Source: Nitrospirota bacterium (GTDB taxonomy: Bacteria > Nitrospirota > Nitrospiria > Nitrospirales > NS-4). Taken from it: DNA of 64,000 bases. Every line of letters starts with the position of its first letter. The stretch's first letter is position 1. The notes beneath the pieces are model-generated. The model worked only from the letters and a program-made list of their open reading frames with translations. It searched no databases and had not been told where the DNA came from. The stretch lies in assembly GCA_963788195.1 (NCBI GenBank), contig CAWBGA010000017.1, forward strand, positions 64,001 to 128,000. The letters run 5' to 3'. Shown piece after piece: positions 9,286-19,024 of the stretch. A program made the translations under genes and the position numbers.

Positions 9286-10287
9286 TCAGGCCGAGTTGAT
9301 GTGTTGGGTACAGTTCTGAACCAGCGTTTGTCGGGGAGTGTCGAGCCGAACTCTGTCCAGGGCGAAGGAACTGGCCTCGATTTTCACAGTCGCCGCAAAT
9401 TCCAACGCCTTTTGAAACGCCTCGGTGAGCAGCGCCGCGATCTCCGCGGGCTCGAGTCCCAAGGCCGCTGTCGCCCTTCTCATAAACCCGTTGAAATCCT
9501 CGAGGAGCATTGGTGAATCGGTGGCGAAGAGATTCGCCGCGCAGCCGTTCGCGAGGTGCACAACGGCGTGGCGCCGGTCCGCCACGATCCACTCCGGTAT
9601 GGAGTCCCAATCAGGAATGGGCGCGATCAGGTCTTCCGGCAGCTGGTATGCCGTCGCGATAAGGACGGTAATGGCGTGCGGGCTTAATCCGGTTACTTGA
9701 AAATGCGCCTCTTCATACGGCAAACCTTCCTCGCGAGCGACAAGAGCGATCTCCCTGAACGTCACGGGCAGATACGACGCCAGCGCGAATTCCCCGAGGC
9801 TTTCCAGCAACGCACATGTGAAGAGTGCTTCCGGATCAGGCAATCGAACGGCTACGCCCAGCGCGCTTGCCTGATGTGCCGCCACGAAGGCTTTGGCCAA
9901 CAGCCGATGAAGATTCACGCCCGTTACCTGGCGCTTGTGCGCGAACTCTACATACTCCGCGGCCAGGGCGATGTCACGAGTGGTCGCATAGCCGATTTGA
10001 AGAATCGCCCGAGTAATCGTCGTAATCTTGTCCCCCTTGCGCCGATAGTATGCGCTGTTGGCCACATTCAAGATCCTCGCCATGAACGCCTGATCTTTGC
10101 GGATCGCGTCGGCAATGATGTCGACGTCGCTGTGCTTGGAGGAGAGCAGCGCAATGACCTTCGCCGAGGTCTGACGGATGACAGGGAGATTGTGCCCTGC
10201 AAGCTTCGCAGTCAGCGTCGAGCAAAGGGCAGCGGCATCAGACATTCGATCGAGACTCCGGGTGTCCGTACTTAGTATATCTGACAA
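9286..10287 (-). CDS. HDOD domain protein
   Basis: LPV...IRKDQAFMARILNVANSAYY...ITTITRAILQIG signature. Confidence 0.85.
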   Translation of the reverse strand: MSDILSTDTRSLDRMSDAAALCSTLTAKLAGHNLPVIRQTSAKVIALLSSKHSDVDIIADAIRKDQAFMARILNVANSAYYRRKGDKITTITRAILQIGYATTRDIALAAEYVEFAHKRQVTGVNLHRLLAKAFVAAHQASALGVAVRLPDPEALFTCALLESLGEFALASYLPVTFREIALVAREEGLPYEEAHFQVTGLSPHAITVLIATAYQLPEDLIAPIPDWDSIPEWIVADRRHAVVHLANGCAANLFATDSPMLLEDFNGFMRRATAALGLEPAEIAALLTEAFQKALEFAATVKIEASSFALDRVRLDTPRQTLVQNCTQHINSA

Positions 10288-10311
10288 TGAGCTGTTTTAG
10301 GTAAGGGAATC

Positions 10312-12237
10312 TTACTGGCGTAGTTTAGCTAAGGGGAAAGAGCCGACCGGACCATCAAGATCTACCTCAGGAACCACCGCCAACTGCATCGCCGGGAGCG
10401 GTGCGGCGGCGGCGGACCCGCGGCTTCGCATATAGTTTAATGCTTCTCCCAGATCCACCCAGCCGTCTGCATTCGCATCCCCATGGCCGCGAATGGCCTT
10501 TAAAAAATGGTACGTAAACAAGCCGTGTTGTGTGGCTTCGGAGGACACACCCGCCGAGTCGACTGCAGAGGAAGCCACCACCACGATTCTCCCCTTGGTC
10601 TGGAGTTTTCCATCCAGCCAGACAAGGCGTTTCGGGGACTCTTCCGCGGAGGCTTTCGGCGATGGAAACGACAGATCGGCAAAAATGAGTTTAAGCCGGG
10701 AAGGCAAGCGGTTAAGTACTTCTTCGAGGTGCTTGATTGAATACCCTTCGGAGGTTCCGTTCGCGACTGCGCCCTCATACGGCAAGAGCACCGGCACGCC
10801 GGCATCGGTCCTGGCGGCGTTTCCGACGAGATACACAAATAAGATGCCGGAGGAATGCGCCTTTTGAGGGAGCCAGTTTTCGAACGTTTTGTTGAGGTCG
10901 CCGGCGAGAGCGTGATCATCCGTGAGCACCCGGACATTCTCAACCGGAAAACCCGCGACGCTGCTTAGATACTTCGCCACCACCTCCGCATCCCGCTTGG
11001 CGTACTTCACCCCGGGCACGCCCGGGTCTCGATAGTTCCCGATTCCCACGACGACCGCGTAGGAGGTGCGGCGCTCAAAGCCCGGGACTTTCGCGGGAAT
11101 CTGATCAACATCAACCGAAAGCACTTCAACGGATTCTTCCGGCCCCTTTATCCCGCGTGCGGGTTGGACACTCGCTACAAAACGCTTTCGCGTGGGTACG
11201 CTATAACCATTTGCCTCCGTGACCTGCACCACAAGCTCCGCCTGCTGGTCTGCCAGCGAAGTCGATAACGTCGACGAGATGGCCACCTGTTTCCTTTCAC
11301 CAGGCTCAATATCTCCAAGCAATGTCGGCGTCGTAAACTCCTTCACCAACGCAGGCGTACCCGACAACGCCACTGCGACGGCCCGGGCGACGCCGGGGCC
11401 GCTGTTCGACACGTCGACACGGACGACAACCTTTTCCCCTCCCTCCAGCACTTGGTTTCGATTGGCATCCTCCAGGGAAGCACGAAAGCTCAACCCGGGC
11501 GCCTCCGCGCTATTCGGGACAGCGGCACCGGCCCCGGGTGGTCTGCCTGCAGCGAGCAACTCTTCACGGGTGCGCCGCCTAATCGCTGCATCGCGGATTC
11601 TCACCGACTGTGTCAGGCTATCGACTTCCCGATCGGAGAGCTTCTCGATCGATTCCGTTACCGGCAGCATAATGCCTTGCACGGCGCAGTCCTGACCGTC
11701 CGTTCGCGCCGTCCATTTGCCTTCACCCTTGATCGGCTCGTCGAACAACACCTTGCCTTCTGAATCAGTGACTCTGATTCGCAACCGCAGCAAGACTTTC
11801 AAGGGATATTCGCCGATTTCGCGGCGGGGGATATGGAGGTCCAATTCGCCGGTCTCGAGAGCCGCCGTCAACACCGCGTCGGCTGGGTCCTTGTCGCTCG
11901 CATCCATAGTCTTCTCAAACACCTGCGCCGCATCTGCTTTGAGCTGATCCGCGAGCCGCTCGCCTACAGGGATGGCTTGCGGCACATTGCACGAATCTTT
12001 ATAGAATAACTTCGCCTGCTTCAGCGCATCCGGAATCTCAATTTTGACGGTGAGCGGAATACTGGGCTTTTTCGGCTCCTCGGACATAAACTCCAACCGC
12101 GGGAATACAAGTTTCTGTCCGCATCCCACGATTCCAAAACCGATGATGATGACAAGGCTGATCGCTCGCCATGCTGTGAGCCGAGACACACGCAGGCCGG
12201 ATCTTCGGGGAAAGAAGGCGAGCAGAGAAATGATCAT
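10312..12237 (-). CDS. Lipoprotein with Ig-like/CARDB-like domain and C-terminal caspase-like (peptidase C14) domain lacking the catalytic His/Cys
   Basis: Lipobox IVGC; YAVVVGIGNY, YAKRDA, HGLFTYHFLKAIRGHGDANADG; dyad positions read LVGNA and ADLS. Confidence 0.75.
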   Translation of the reverse strand: MIISLLAFFPRRSGLRVSRLTAWRAISLVIIIGFGIVGCGQKLVFPRLEFMSEEPKKPSIPLTVKIEIPDALKQAKLFYKDSCNVPQAIPVGERLADQLKADAAQVFEKTMDASDKDPADAVLTAALETGELDLHIPRREIGEYPLKVLLRLRIRVTDSEGKVLFDEPIKGEGKWTARTDGQDCAVQGIMLPVTESIEKLSDREVDSLTQSVRIRDAAIRRRTREELLAAGRPPGAGAAVPNSAEAPGLSFRASLEDANRNQVLEGGEKVVVRVDVSNSGPGVARAVAVALSGTPALVKEFTTPTLLGDIEPGERKQVAISSTLSTSLADQQAELVVQVTEANGYSVPTRKRFVASVQPARGIKGPEESVEVLSVDVDQIPAKVPGFERRTSYAVVVGIGNYRDPGVPGVKYAKRDAEVVAKYLSSVAGFPVENVRVLTDDHALAGDLNKTFENWLPQKAHSSGILFVYLVGNAARTDAGVPVLLPYEGAVANGTSEGYSIKHLEEVLNRLPSRLKLIFADLSFPSPKASAEESPKRLVWLDGKLQTKGRIVVVASSAVDSAGVSSEATQHGLFTYHFLKAIRGHGDANADGWVDLGEALNYMRSRGSAAAAPLPAMQLAVVPEVDLDGPVGSFPLAKLRQ

Positions 12238-12343
12238 TCCAGAGGATGGCTTATACAGTATATATTGCGTTCAAGGCAAGAGAGGTCGTACGCACTGCGC
12301 GTGCGACATTGACCACGTCTGTTGAAGCCGCTAGCATCGCGAA

Positions 12344-13219
12344 ATGCGCCGCCAATCGTATTCGACCGCGTGGACCGACGTCGCGGAATTGATCCGACTT
12401 CGCAATCAGACGGGTTCGCTGCTGCTGTTGTTCCCGACGCTCTGGGCATTGGTCCTCGCCGCCGGTGGCCGGCCGTCGCTGTCGCTCGTTCTGATTTTTA
12501 TCACCGGCACTTTTTTGATGCGAAGCGCCGGCGTCACCATTAATGATTGGTGGGATCGTGACCTGGACCGTCAGGTGGATCGGACACGACTGCGTCCTCT
12601 CGCAGCCGGCCGCCTTTCTTCATTCACGGCCCTCACCATTTTCACTCTGTTAATCCTCGCGGCCGTGGGCCTGCTCTTGCTGCTCAATCCCCTGACCGTC
12701 TCTCTAGCGCCTGTCGCTCTGCTCCTGGCGGTCTTCTACCCGCTCGCCAAGCGCTTGCTGCCGATCCCCCAGGCCGTTTTGGGAGCCGCGTTCGGATGGG
12801 GAGCGATTATGGCGTGGGCGGCGGTTCGCAACGAGGTCGAGTGGCCGGCCGTCGGTGTGTTCGCCGCCACGATCTGCTGGGCGATTGGCTATGATACCAT
12901 TTACGCGCTTCAGGACAGAGAGGATGACAGCCGTGTCGGCATCCACTCCAGCGCCCTGTACTTCGGAAAACGCGTCTGGCTGGCGGTGCTCCTTATGCTC
13001 CTCGCCACGGTGGGCATACTTGCCGTTGTCGGAGCCGCCCTCGGACTGGGCGCACCCTTCCACGTCGCCCTCATTGGAGCCACCCTCTGGTTTGTCTATC
13101 AGGCCAAGAAAGTACGACAGGGCGTCTCCCGCAGCGAGGCGTTTGCGCTCTTCAAACAGCATGTTTGGATCGGCGCATTGATTCTATGCGGCATATGGGG
13201 TGGCTTACTGGTCTCCTAA
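12344..13219 (+). CDS. ubiA: 4-hydroxybenzoate polyprenyltransferase
   Basis: MRSAGVTINDWWDRDLDRQVDRTRLRPLAAG and YDTIYALQDREDD Asp-rich motifs; multiple TM helices. Confidence 0.92.
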   Translation: MRRQSYSTAWTDVAELIRLRNQTGSLLLLFPTLWALVLAAGGRPSLSLVLIFITGTFLMRSAGVTINDWWDRDLDRQVDRTRLRPLAAGRLSSFTALTIFTLLILAAVGLLLLLNPLTVSLAPVALLLAVFYPLAKRLLPIPQAVLGAAFGWGAIMAWAAVRNEVEWPAVGVFAATICWAIGYDTIYALQDREDDSRVGIHSSALYFGKRVWLAVLLMLLATVGILAVVGAALGLGAPFHVALIGATLWFVYQAKKVRQGVSRSEAFALFKQHVWIGALILCGIWGGLLVS

Positions 13220-13227
13220 CTTGACCT

Positions 13228-13764
13228 TCATCGCCATCTTTGAATCGACCAGGCTGCCGCAATCCATATCAACGAAGGAATCCAAATCCAGATGAATTCG
13301 CTTTGCAACACGGCAAGACCGCGACGGCTAAGAAAGGCCTGTACCCCGATTGGAGAGACTTCAACCGGGCGCCAGGGAAGAAAATAGCGGCTATTTTCAA
13401 AGGGCGCGAAGAACGCGACGCCAAGCCCCCCGTTCGTCATCGCATCGAGGATGGGATGTGAGGCGGTCACCGCAAAGAAATAGGCGACCAGCCCCCACCA
13501 AGCCGGAGACAGCCCTTCTGCCTGCGGAAAGGCCAGGCCGACCACAGCCAGCGCCAGAACGGCCGCAAATGCGAAGGAATGCGTAATGCCACGGTGCCCC
13601 CACACGCTCGCGTACGGAATGCCGAAGGCGTGGCCGATCACATCGATGTCGGGAAGAATCGAACACGCGATCGAGACGATCCAAAAGCGAGTGGAAGATG
13701 GAGGAGCCGGGGGCGCGGTTCCGAGCGCCACTGCCACAACGGCGTGGGAGAAGATCGACGGCAT
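13228..13764 (-). CDS. YdjM-family membrane metal-dependent hydrolase
   Basis: SH...PDID...HRGITHS...SHPILD motifs. Confidence 0.85.
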   Translation of the reverse strand: MPSIFSHAVVAVALGTAPPAPPSSTRFWIVSIACSILPDIDVIGHAFGIPYASVWGHRGITHSFAFAAVLALAVVGLAFPQAEGLSPAWWGLVAYFFAVTASHPILDAMTNGGLGVAFFAPFENSRYFLPWRPVEVSPIGVQAFLSRRGLAVLQSEFIWIWIPSLIWIAAAWSIQRWR

Positions 13765-13789
13765 GGCTGCAGTTAACGGAAGAAGACCG

Positions 13790-14604
13790 CTAGGAGGAGG
13801 CCGGGAGCGGCTTCTCCGGCGGCGGGGCGTTGAGCGTCTTTAAATAGAACGCGATGGCCTTCGCGTCCTCGTCGCTGACGCCGAGATTGGGCATCTTTGT
13901 CTCCGACTTCATGATCTGCGGATACCGGATCCAGCGATAGACCCACGGCCCGTTCAAGCGGAATCCGGCGCGATCCAAAGCCGGTCCCACCTCTCCACCC
14001 TCTGTCCCGATTTTATGGCAGGCATTGCAGCCGTACTTGTTCAGATAGAGCTGCTTGCCGCGTTCAGCCAACCGTGCTTCTTCGGCGGGCGAGGCCGTGA
14101 GCGTGGGCTTGGGGATCGCCGCCATCTTGGGCCGTTCTTTCTTCAGCTTGTCCCAGTCGGCCTTTTCGAGTTTCATCCCGTGCAGGGTCCGCACATAGGC
14201 GACCAGACTCCACAAGCTCCTCCTCGGAAAGCGTGTACTTAAACGTGGGCATGGTCGGCACGGCGAATTCCTCATCGCCGATCTTGTCCCCGGTGCCCGG
14301 AGTCGTATCCTTCATATCGCGAGCCACGGTCTCGAAGAGTCTCCTCATCCTTGAGGGTGCTCATTTCGTCCTTGTTCGTGAGATCTTTCGGCTTGGGATC
14401 CGGCATCAGCTTCCAGTTATAGCCTTCGCCCGGTTTGCCGTTCTCGCCATGACAGTGAGAGCAGTAGTAGGCGTACAACTCGCGTCCCTTCTTGACGTGT
14501 TCATTTTGAAACAGCGTGCAGCCGGTAACGCCGACGAGCACAGCCACCATTGTGATCGTGAAGATACCTATCAGCCGGGATGTGACTCGATGCAACTTTT
14601 TCAC
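13790..14604 (-). CDS. Dihaem cytochrome c lipoprotein (two apparent indels near 14340 and 14225)
   Basis: CSHCH in ORF 14272-14730 and CNACH in ORF 13790-14275, bridged by FETVARDMKD...PTMPTFKYTLSEEEL in ORF 14064-14348; the GTG start overlaps the upstream stop. Confidence 0.8.
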
Positions 14605-15542
14605 GCGGGTGGCCCCTTTTGCACCTTGCGGATGATGACAAACTCCACGCCGGCCGCCAGGACGACGGCCACAAGACCGTACAGATAGATGGAGTAGTCC
14701 GGAGGCGGCTCGGCGTTGAAATACCACCATGAGGTGACGGCCTTTCGTGATCCCGATTCTCTCAGATCGCCGCTCTCCAATTTATGACCGTCCCATACGG
14801 CAAACGCGATATTAGGAAATGTGCCGACCTCGAACTGCGCATCCTGCGGGTCGGTCGTTTTCAGCGCGCGTGTCAACACGACCCGCCACACCCCGTTCAC
14901 CTCTTTCTCGACCACTTTCGTCTCTTCGTCGACGATCGGCTCCCCGGTCTTCGGGTCTTTCACAATTTCCCCTTTCGGGTCTTTTCGCAGACTCGCCTTT
15001 CGCTCCTTGAAGTGAATCTTGGTCTTCTCGTCTTTCCAGACGCCCTTAGCCTGGACATCCTGCTGGGCCTGCTTCTTGAGCGTCCCGAAGCCCTGCGCAG
15101 TCATATCGGCCGCGGGGGCATCCATCCGCCAGTACCAGATATTGACCGGACCGCCTTCCACCTGCGCCATCGGCTGGCCATGCGCGAAGTGAGCTTTCTT
15201 GTCCCCGACCATAAACTCAAGCGCCGCCGCGTCCCCCGGATCCTGAGTCGGATCGGCGTATTCCAGCATAAAGGCGATCTGCTTGTTGTTGTGAACACCA
15301 CGGACCTTGATGGATTTGGCTGTCACTGACCCAATGCGCTGCTGCCAATGCACTTGTGGCGACATCGGGAATTCAGTCACCTCAGCTTTGTTCCAATCCG
15401 GAGACAGAGGGTCTGTCGGCACCTCGCCTTGGATTAATTTCAGCCGGACCACGGTCGTCTCCTGAGAGAAGCCCGGCGGAACCCACAGCAATCCAACGGT
15501 GAAGCTGAGGACGGCCGCGTACAGATATCGATCGAGGGCCAT
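14601..15542 (-). CDS. Ethylbenzene-dehydrogenase gamma/NxrC-like heme b (DOMON-type) membrane-anchored subunit
   Basis: Signal peptide; PM...H; VNIWYW; W.VV..R.L; AFAVWDG...K; C-terminal TM helix. Confidence 0.75.
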   Translation of the reverse strand: MALDRYLYAAVLSFTVGLLWVPPGFSQETTVVRLKLIQGEVPTDPLSPDWNKAEVTEFPMSPQVHWQQRIGSVTAKSIKVRGVHNNKQIAFMLEYADPTQDPGDAAALEFMVGDKKAHFAHGQPMAQVEGGPVNIWYWRMDAPAADMTAQGFGTLKKQAQQDVQAKGVWKDEKTKIHFKERKASLRKDPKGEIVKDPKTGEPIVDEETKVVEKEVNGVWRVVLTRALKTTDPQDAQFEVGTFPNIAFAVWDGHKLESGDLRESGSRKAVTSWWYFNAEPPPDYSIYLYGLVAVVLAAGVEFVIIRKVQKGPPA

Positions 15543-15548
15543 TTTTCC

Positions 15549-16269
15549 TTACTCCCAGGTCCTGGGCTTATGTCCCGAGCCAGCGTACTCGCCCATGATG
15601 ATCTTCCAGATCATGTCATCTGACAGTTCCACTTCCCACCGAGGCATCGCCGATTTCCAGGGATGTCCCTCTACGGATAAACCGACACCCCCTTTCTTGA
15701 TACGCCAGAACAGGTAGGACTCCTGGAGTTGCGCAATCGTCCCAGGATCCACAAAGTTCGCTGGCGGGTGGATTAAAACCATCCGAGGCAGGGCCGTTGC
15801 CGTCGAACTTGGCTCCATGGCACGGAGAACAGAATGCCGAATAGAATCCCTTGCCTTGCATCACATTCTCAGGGGTATTCGGAAGCGGATTCGACAGTCC
15901 GACGAATTCGCCCGGCGGCGCCGGATGGATCGTGCGGTTCTCAGACGGAGGTTGGTAGCTCGGAACCAGGCCGCTATAGGTCTGCCAGCCCACGAGCAGC
16001 GGGAAGAGCGCGAGCACAGCGAATCGCGCGATTTTTGTGGGGCCGCGGAGACCATCCCCGCCGAGAAACCGGAAAATCGGTCCGAACAGGGCTTCAGTCG
16101 AATGGCCGCTGAGGGTGCCGAAGACGATGATCCCAATGACCGTTAAGAAGAGATATACCCAAATCAAGCTCATCGGAAGCGGCGCGGTCACCAGTGGCAG
16201 TCCGAACTTCAAAATAAGGAAGACTGCCGCCACAAGGATACCGCCCTTAATCGCTAACGATGAGCCCAT
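15549..16269 (-). CDS. Membrane-bound cytochrome c (one apparent indel near 15765)
   Basis: Three TM helices, CSPCH, then ORF 15549-15818 continues ANFVDPGTIAQLQESYLFWRI...SAMPRW. Confidence 0.8.
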
Positions 16270-16286
16270 GCGTCTTCTCCCTTTAA

Positions 16287-16340
16287 TGTCACCCTGAACG
16301 ACGTGAAGGGTCTAGATTCTTCGCTTCGCTCAGAATGACA
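16287..16340. repeat. REP-like imperfect palindromic element
   Basis: TGTCACCCTGAACGACGTGAAGGGTCT followed by AGATTCTTCGCTTCGCTCAGAATGACA, its approximate reverse complement. Confidence 0.65.
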
Positions 16341-16372
16341 GCGATTGCTCTCACGATAAGACTTTGTGACTC

Positions 16373-17194
16373 TCACAGCGGCTTCGCGGTCGCCTTGACA
16401 TCCCGCAGGTATGCCTGGAGATCATCGAACTCTCTCACCGGTAACTTCTCCAAACCTTGGTGATTCCTTGCCCCGGGCTTGGGCTCGGTTAAAATTTTCT
16501 GACGTACGGCACCGTCACTTTGCTTCAGGAGGACCGGGACGAGGTTGCCCTTCACGCCGCCGATCGAGTGACACGTCGCGCACAGCGACTGAAATACTTT
16601 TTGGCCGGCGGCCTTGTCTCCTACCACCATCAACCTGTCCTGTGGAGCTTCAATCTCGGACAACTCGACCGTAACCTCTTCTCCCGACATACTCTGCAAG
16701 AATGCGATCACGGCGAGGATCTCGTTATTATTGAGACCGATCGGCATCTTATTGATGTAAGGCATTTTCGCCGGAAAGAACTTTGCGCGTCCCTCGTGCT
16801 GGTAGTCCATGTAAATGTAGGCCTGTGGCTGGGTAAGGCTCTCATAAATAAACTGTCGCGTGAGTTTGGCGCCGACGCCCTTGAGGTCGGGACAGCGACC
16901 CTCGCTGCTTCCGATCGTATGGCAAAGCGCGCATTGACCCTTGCCGAAGAAGATCTTTTGCCCGAGGCCGGCGAGGTCCTTCTTGTCCTTGATCGAGGCG
17001 ACATCGAACTTCTCGACAGCAGGGGGCAGGGACGCCATCTGGGGAACTCCCAAGGCTACCAGGGAGAAAGCGCCCAGGACCATGGCCACAAAGGCGACCA
17101 CCCGCATGAACCGGGCCTTCACAAACAGCAATAGGGCGCCTCCTAGGCCAAGAACACTTAACCCGATGGTCTGCAGTAACTGAGTTTCAGTCAT
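16373..17194 (-). CDS. Membrane-anchored dihaem cytochrome c
   Basis: Two N-terminal TMs; CALCH and CATCH. Confidence 0.88.
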   Translation of the reverse strand: MTETQLLQTIGLSVLGLGGALLLFVKARFMRVVAFVAMVLGAFSLVALGVPQMASLPPAVEKFDVASIKDKKDLAGLGQKIFFGKGQCALCHTIGSSEGRCPDLKGVGAKLTRQFIYESLTQPQAYIYMDYQHEGRAKFFPAKMPYINKMPIGLNNNEILAVIAFLQSMSGEEVTVELSEIEAPQDRLMVVGDKAAGQKVFQSLCATCHSIGGVKGNLVPVLLKQSDGAVRQKILTEPKPGARNHQGLEKLPVREFDDLQAYLRDVKATAKPL

Positions 17195-17208
17195 GCGCGC
17201 TCTCCACG

Positions 17209-19023
17209 TTACTGCGTATGCAAGCCAGCCGCGGGCACAGTTGATGGCGGCACGGCGGTTTTCATCCGCTTCTTTTCATCGGGAATGGCCTTGAGTGAGG
17301 CATCACCTTTGCCGCCGCCGAGCGAAGCCACCCAGAAGATAAACGCCACGAGTAAACAGAACAAGAAGGTGTTGAGCGCCATGAGGGCCGCCGCATATCC
17401 CAACGCCGGAGAATAAGCATATGGGGACGTGTCCTGCATCACCCCATAAATATGCCAATGCACGCGGGAAGATGAGCGCGCGTATCCCATGAGGCTCATG
17501 AGCAAGATGACCATGACCGCGTTCAGCACCAGCGCGTACCCGGCGCGGGGGGGCATGACGCCCCAGATCATCTCCGTCGTGGTCTTCGCGCTCTTCAGCA
17601 ACAGACCCGTCAACGGCGTGACCGTCAACAGGACAAAGAGCACGACCAGCACCTGCGTCGTCGAGAAATAATTAATCCGGGTGATCGCGGGGACGAAATA
17701 TCCCCACACCCCCAGGACCACAACGACGATGGCCGCAAGGCCCAGGATGCCTCCCATACCGAGCCTCGCTGCTTTGGCCCATCCTGCGGTCTCTTGCTTG
17801 CCCGCGCGCCAGTACATAATGAAACTCATAAACGTCACAAGGATCATCAAGTTCGCAACCGTCATTTTAGCCGACATGACGCCGAACACACCCAGCAGGG
17901 GATGGTGCGTACCGCCCATCTTGCGAGCCTCCTCGAGGCTCGCAACGAGCGAGTGCGGCGTCATCCATATGCCGAGGCAGACCAGGAGTATGACCAACAT
18001 GGTGAGGATGGGGCGCCGGTATTTGGGCTCGGAGCCGGGAATGCGATACATGATGCCGAGCCAAAAATAGTAATTCGCTCCCAAGAACAGGATGCCGATC
18101 AACATCGCCTGGAGAATGAACAGCCAGGATAAAAAACCGCCCATTAACGTGATGCCCATCTGCTGGTTGTACTGGTATACCTCCCGCATCAGCCAATAGC
18201 CGGCAAACGGCAGCGGCAACATTCCGAATACCCCGATGAAGTTTCCGACATAACCCATCCAGTCATAATGCACGCGCTCCTCTTGATTGGGGGCCATGAG
18301 GTAGCGCAACCCTGCATAGGCGCCGCATATAAAACCGCCCAGGACGACATTCGCGATCAAGCGGTGAATGTTGACCGGCCACCAGGTGGGATTCCAGGTC
18401 GCCGCCCACGCCCTCGCCCACATGGTGCCCTCACCAATCACCACTGGGCTGGCCTGAAAGGTCGCCCAGGAATTCGGCACGATCATGATGAAGAACGCGA
18501 AGACGTTCAGGAGAAATCCCAGGAACAGATGCAGCCCTTTTTTTCTGCCCTGCATCGCGTCCCATCCGTACCAGTACAGGTAGAGGGTGACGGTCTCAAG
18601 CAGGAAGAGCACACAATAGAAGATAAATGACGGGAAGAAAATGTCCGTCAGGTAGTTCATGAGTTTGGGATAGAGGCCAATCAACATAAATAAGAGGATT
18701 CCGCCGAATAAGGCCGTGGTCGCATACGCGGAAGTCAACAGCTTGGTAAATTCCTTCGCCAGCTTGTCGTACCGCGGATCCTTCGACCGCACGCCCACGA
18801 TTTCGCAGACCCACGCAAAGATCGGAACACCCAACACGAAGCCGGCCAGCAGCAGGTGTTGCTGCGCAATGATCCAGATCAGGTTCCGGCTGCCCATTCC
18901 AGGGATATCGCGATACTCGACCGCTGCAGCCGCCGGCGCTTCCTGCGCGTAGACCAAGGCCAGCGGCGCTAATGTCAGCAAGATCATAAAACCCAGACCG
19001 ATGTAGACCGCTCGGCCTTTCAT
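17209..19023 (-). CDS. Cytochrome bd-like oxidase, CydA-like subunit (Nitrospira type)
   Basis: Polytopic; AQQHLL, NIHRL, MGYARS heme-ligand regions; extra His motifs TPH, THHP, RVHWH. Confidence 0.85.
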   Translation of the reverse strand: MKGRAVYIGLGFMILLTLAPLALVYAQEAPAAAAVEYRDIPGMGSRNLIWIIAQQHLLLAGFVLGVPIFAWVCEIVGVRSKDPRYDKLAKEFTKLLTSAYATTALFGGILLFMLIGLYPKLMNYLTDIFFPSFIFYCVLFLLETVTLYLYWYGWDAMQGRKKGLHLFLGFLLNVFAFFIMIVPNSWATFQASPVVIGEGTMWARAWAATWNPTWWPVNIHRLIANVVLGGFICGAYAGLRYLMAPNQEERVHYDWMGYVGNFIGVFGMLPLPFAGYWLMREVYQYNQQMGITLMGGFLSWLFILQAMLIGILFLGANYYFWLGIMYRIPGSEPKYRRPILTMLVILLVCLGIWMTPHSLVASLEEARKMGGTHHPLLGVFGVMSAKMTVANLMILVTFMSFIMYWRAGKQETAGWAKAARLGMGGILGLAAIVVVVLGVWGYFVPAITRINYFSTTQVLVVLFVLLTVTPLTGLLLKSAKTTTEMIWGVMPPRAGYALVLNAVMVILLMSLMGYARSSSRVHWHIYGVMQDTSPYAYSPALGYAAALMALNTFLFCLLVAFIFWVASLGGGKGDASLKAIPDEKKRMKTAVPPSTVPAAGLHTQ

Positions 19024-19024
19024 A

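Noticed and set aside
14601..15542. Calling this gene nxrC and the organism a proven nitrite oxidiser
   Set aside because: nxrA and nxrB are absent from the window, and the heme b family has several paralogs of unknown role.
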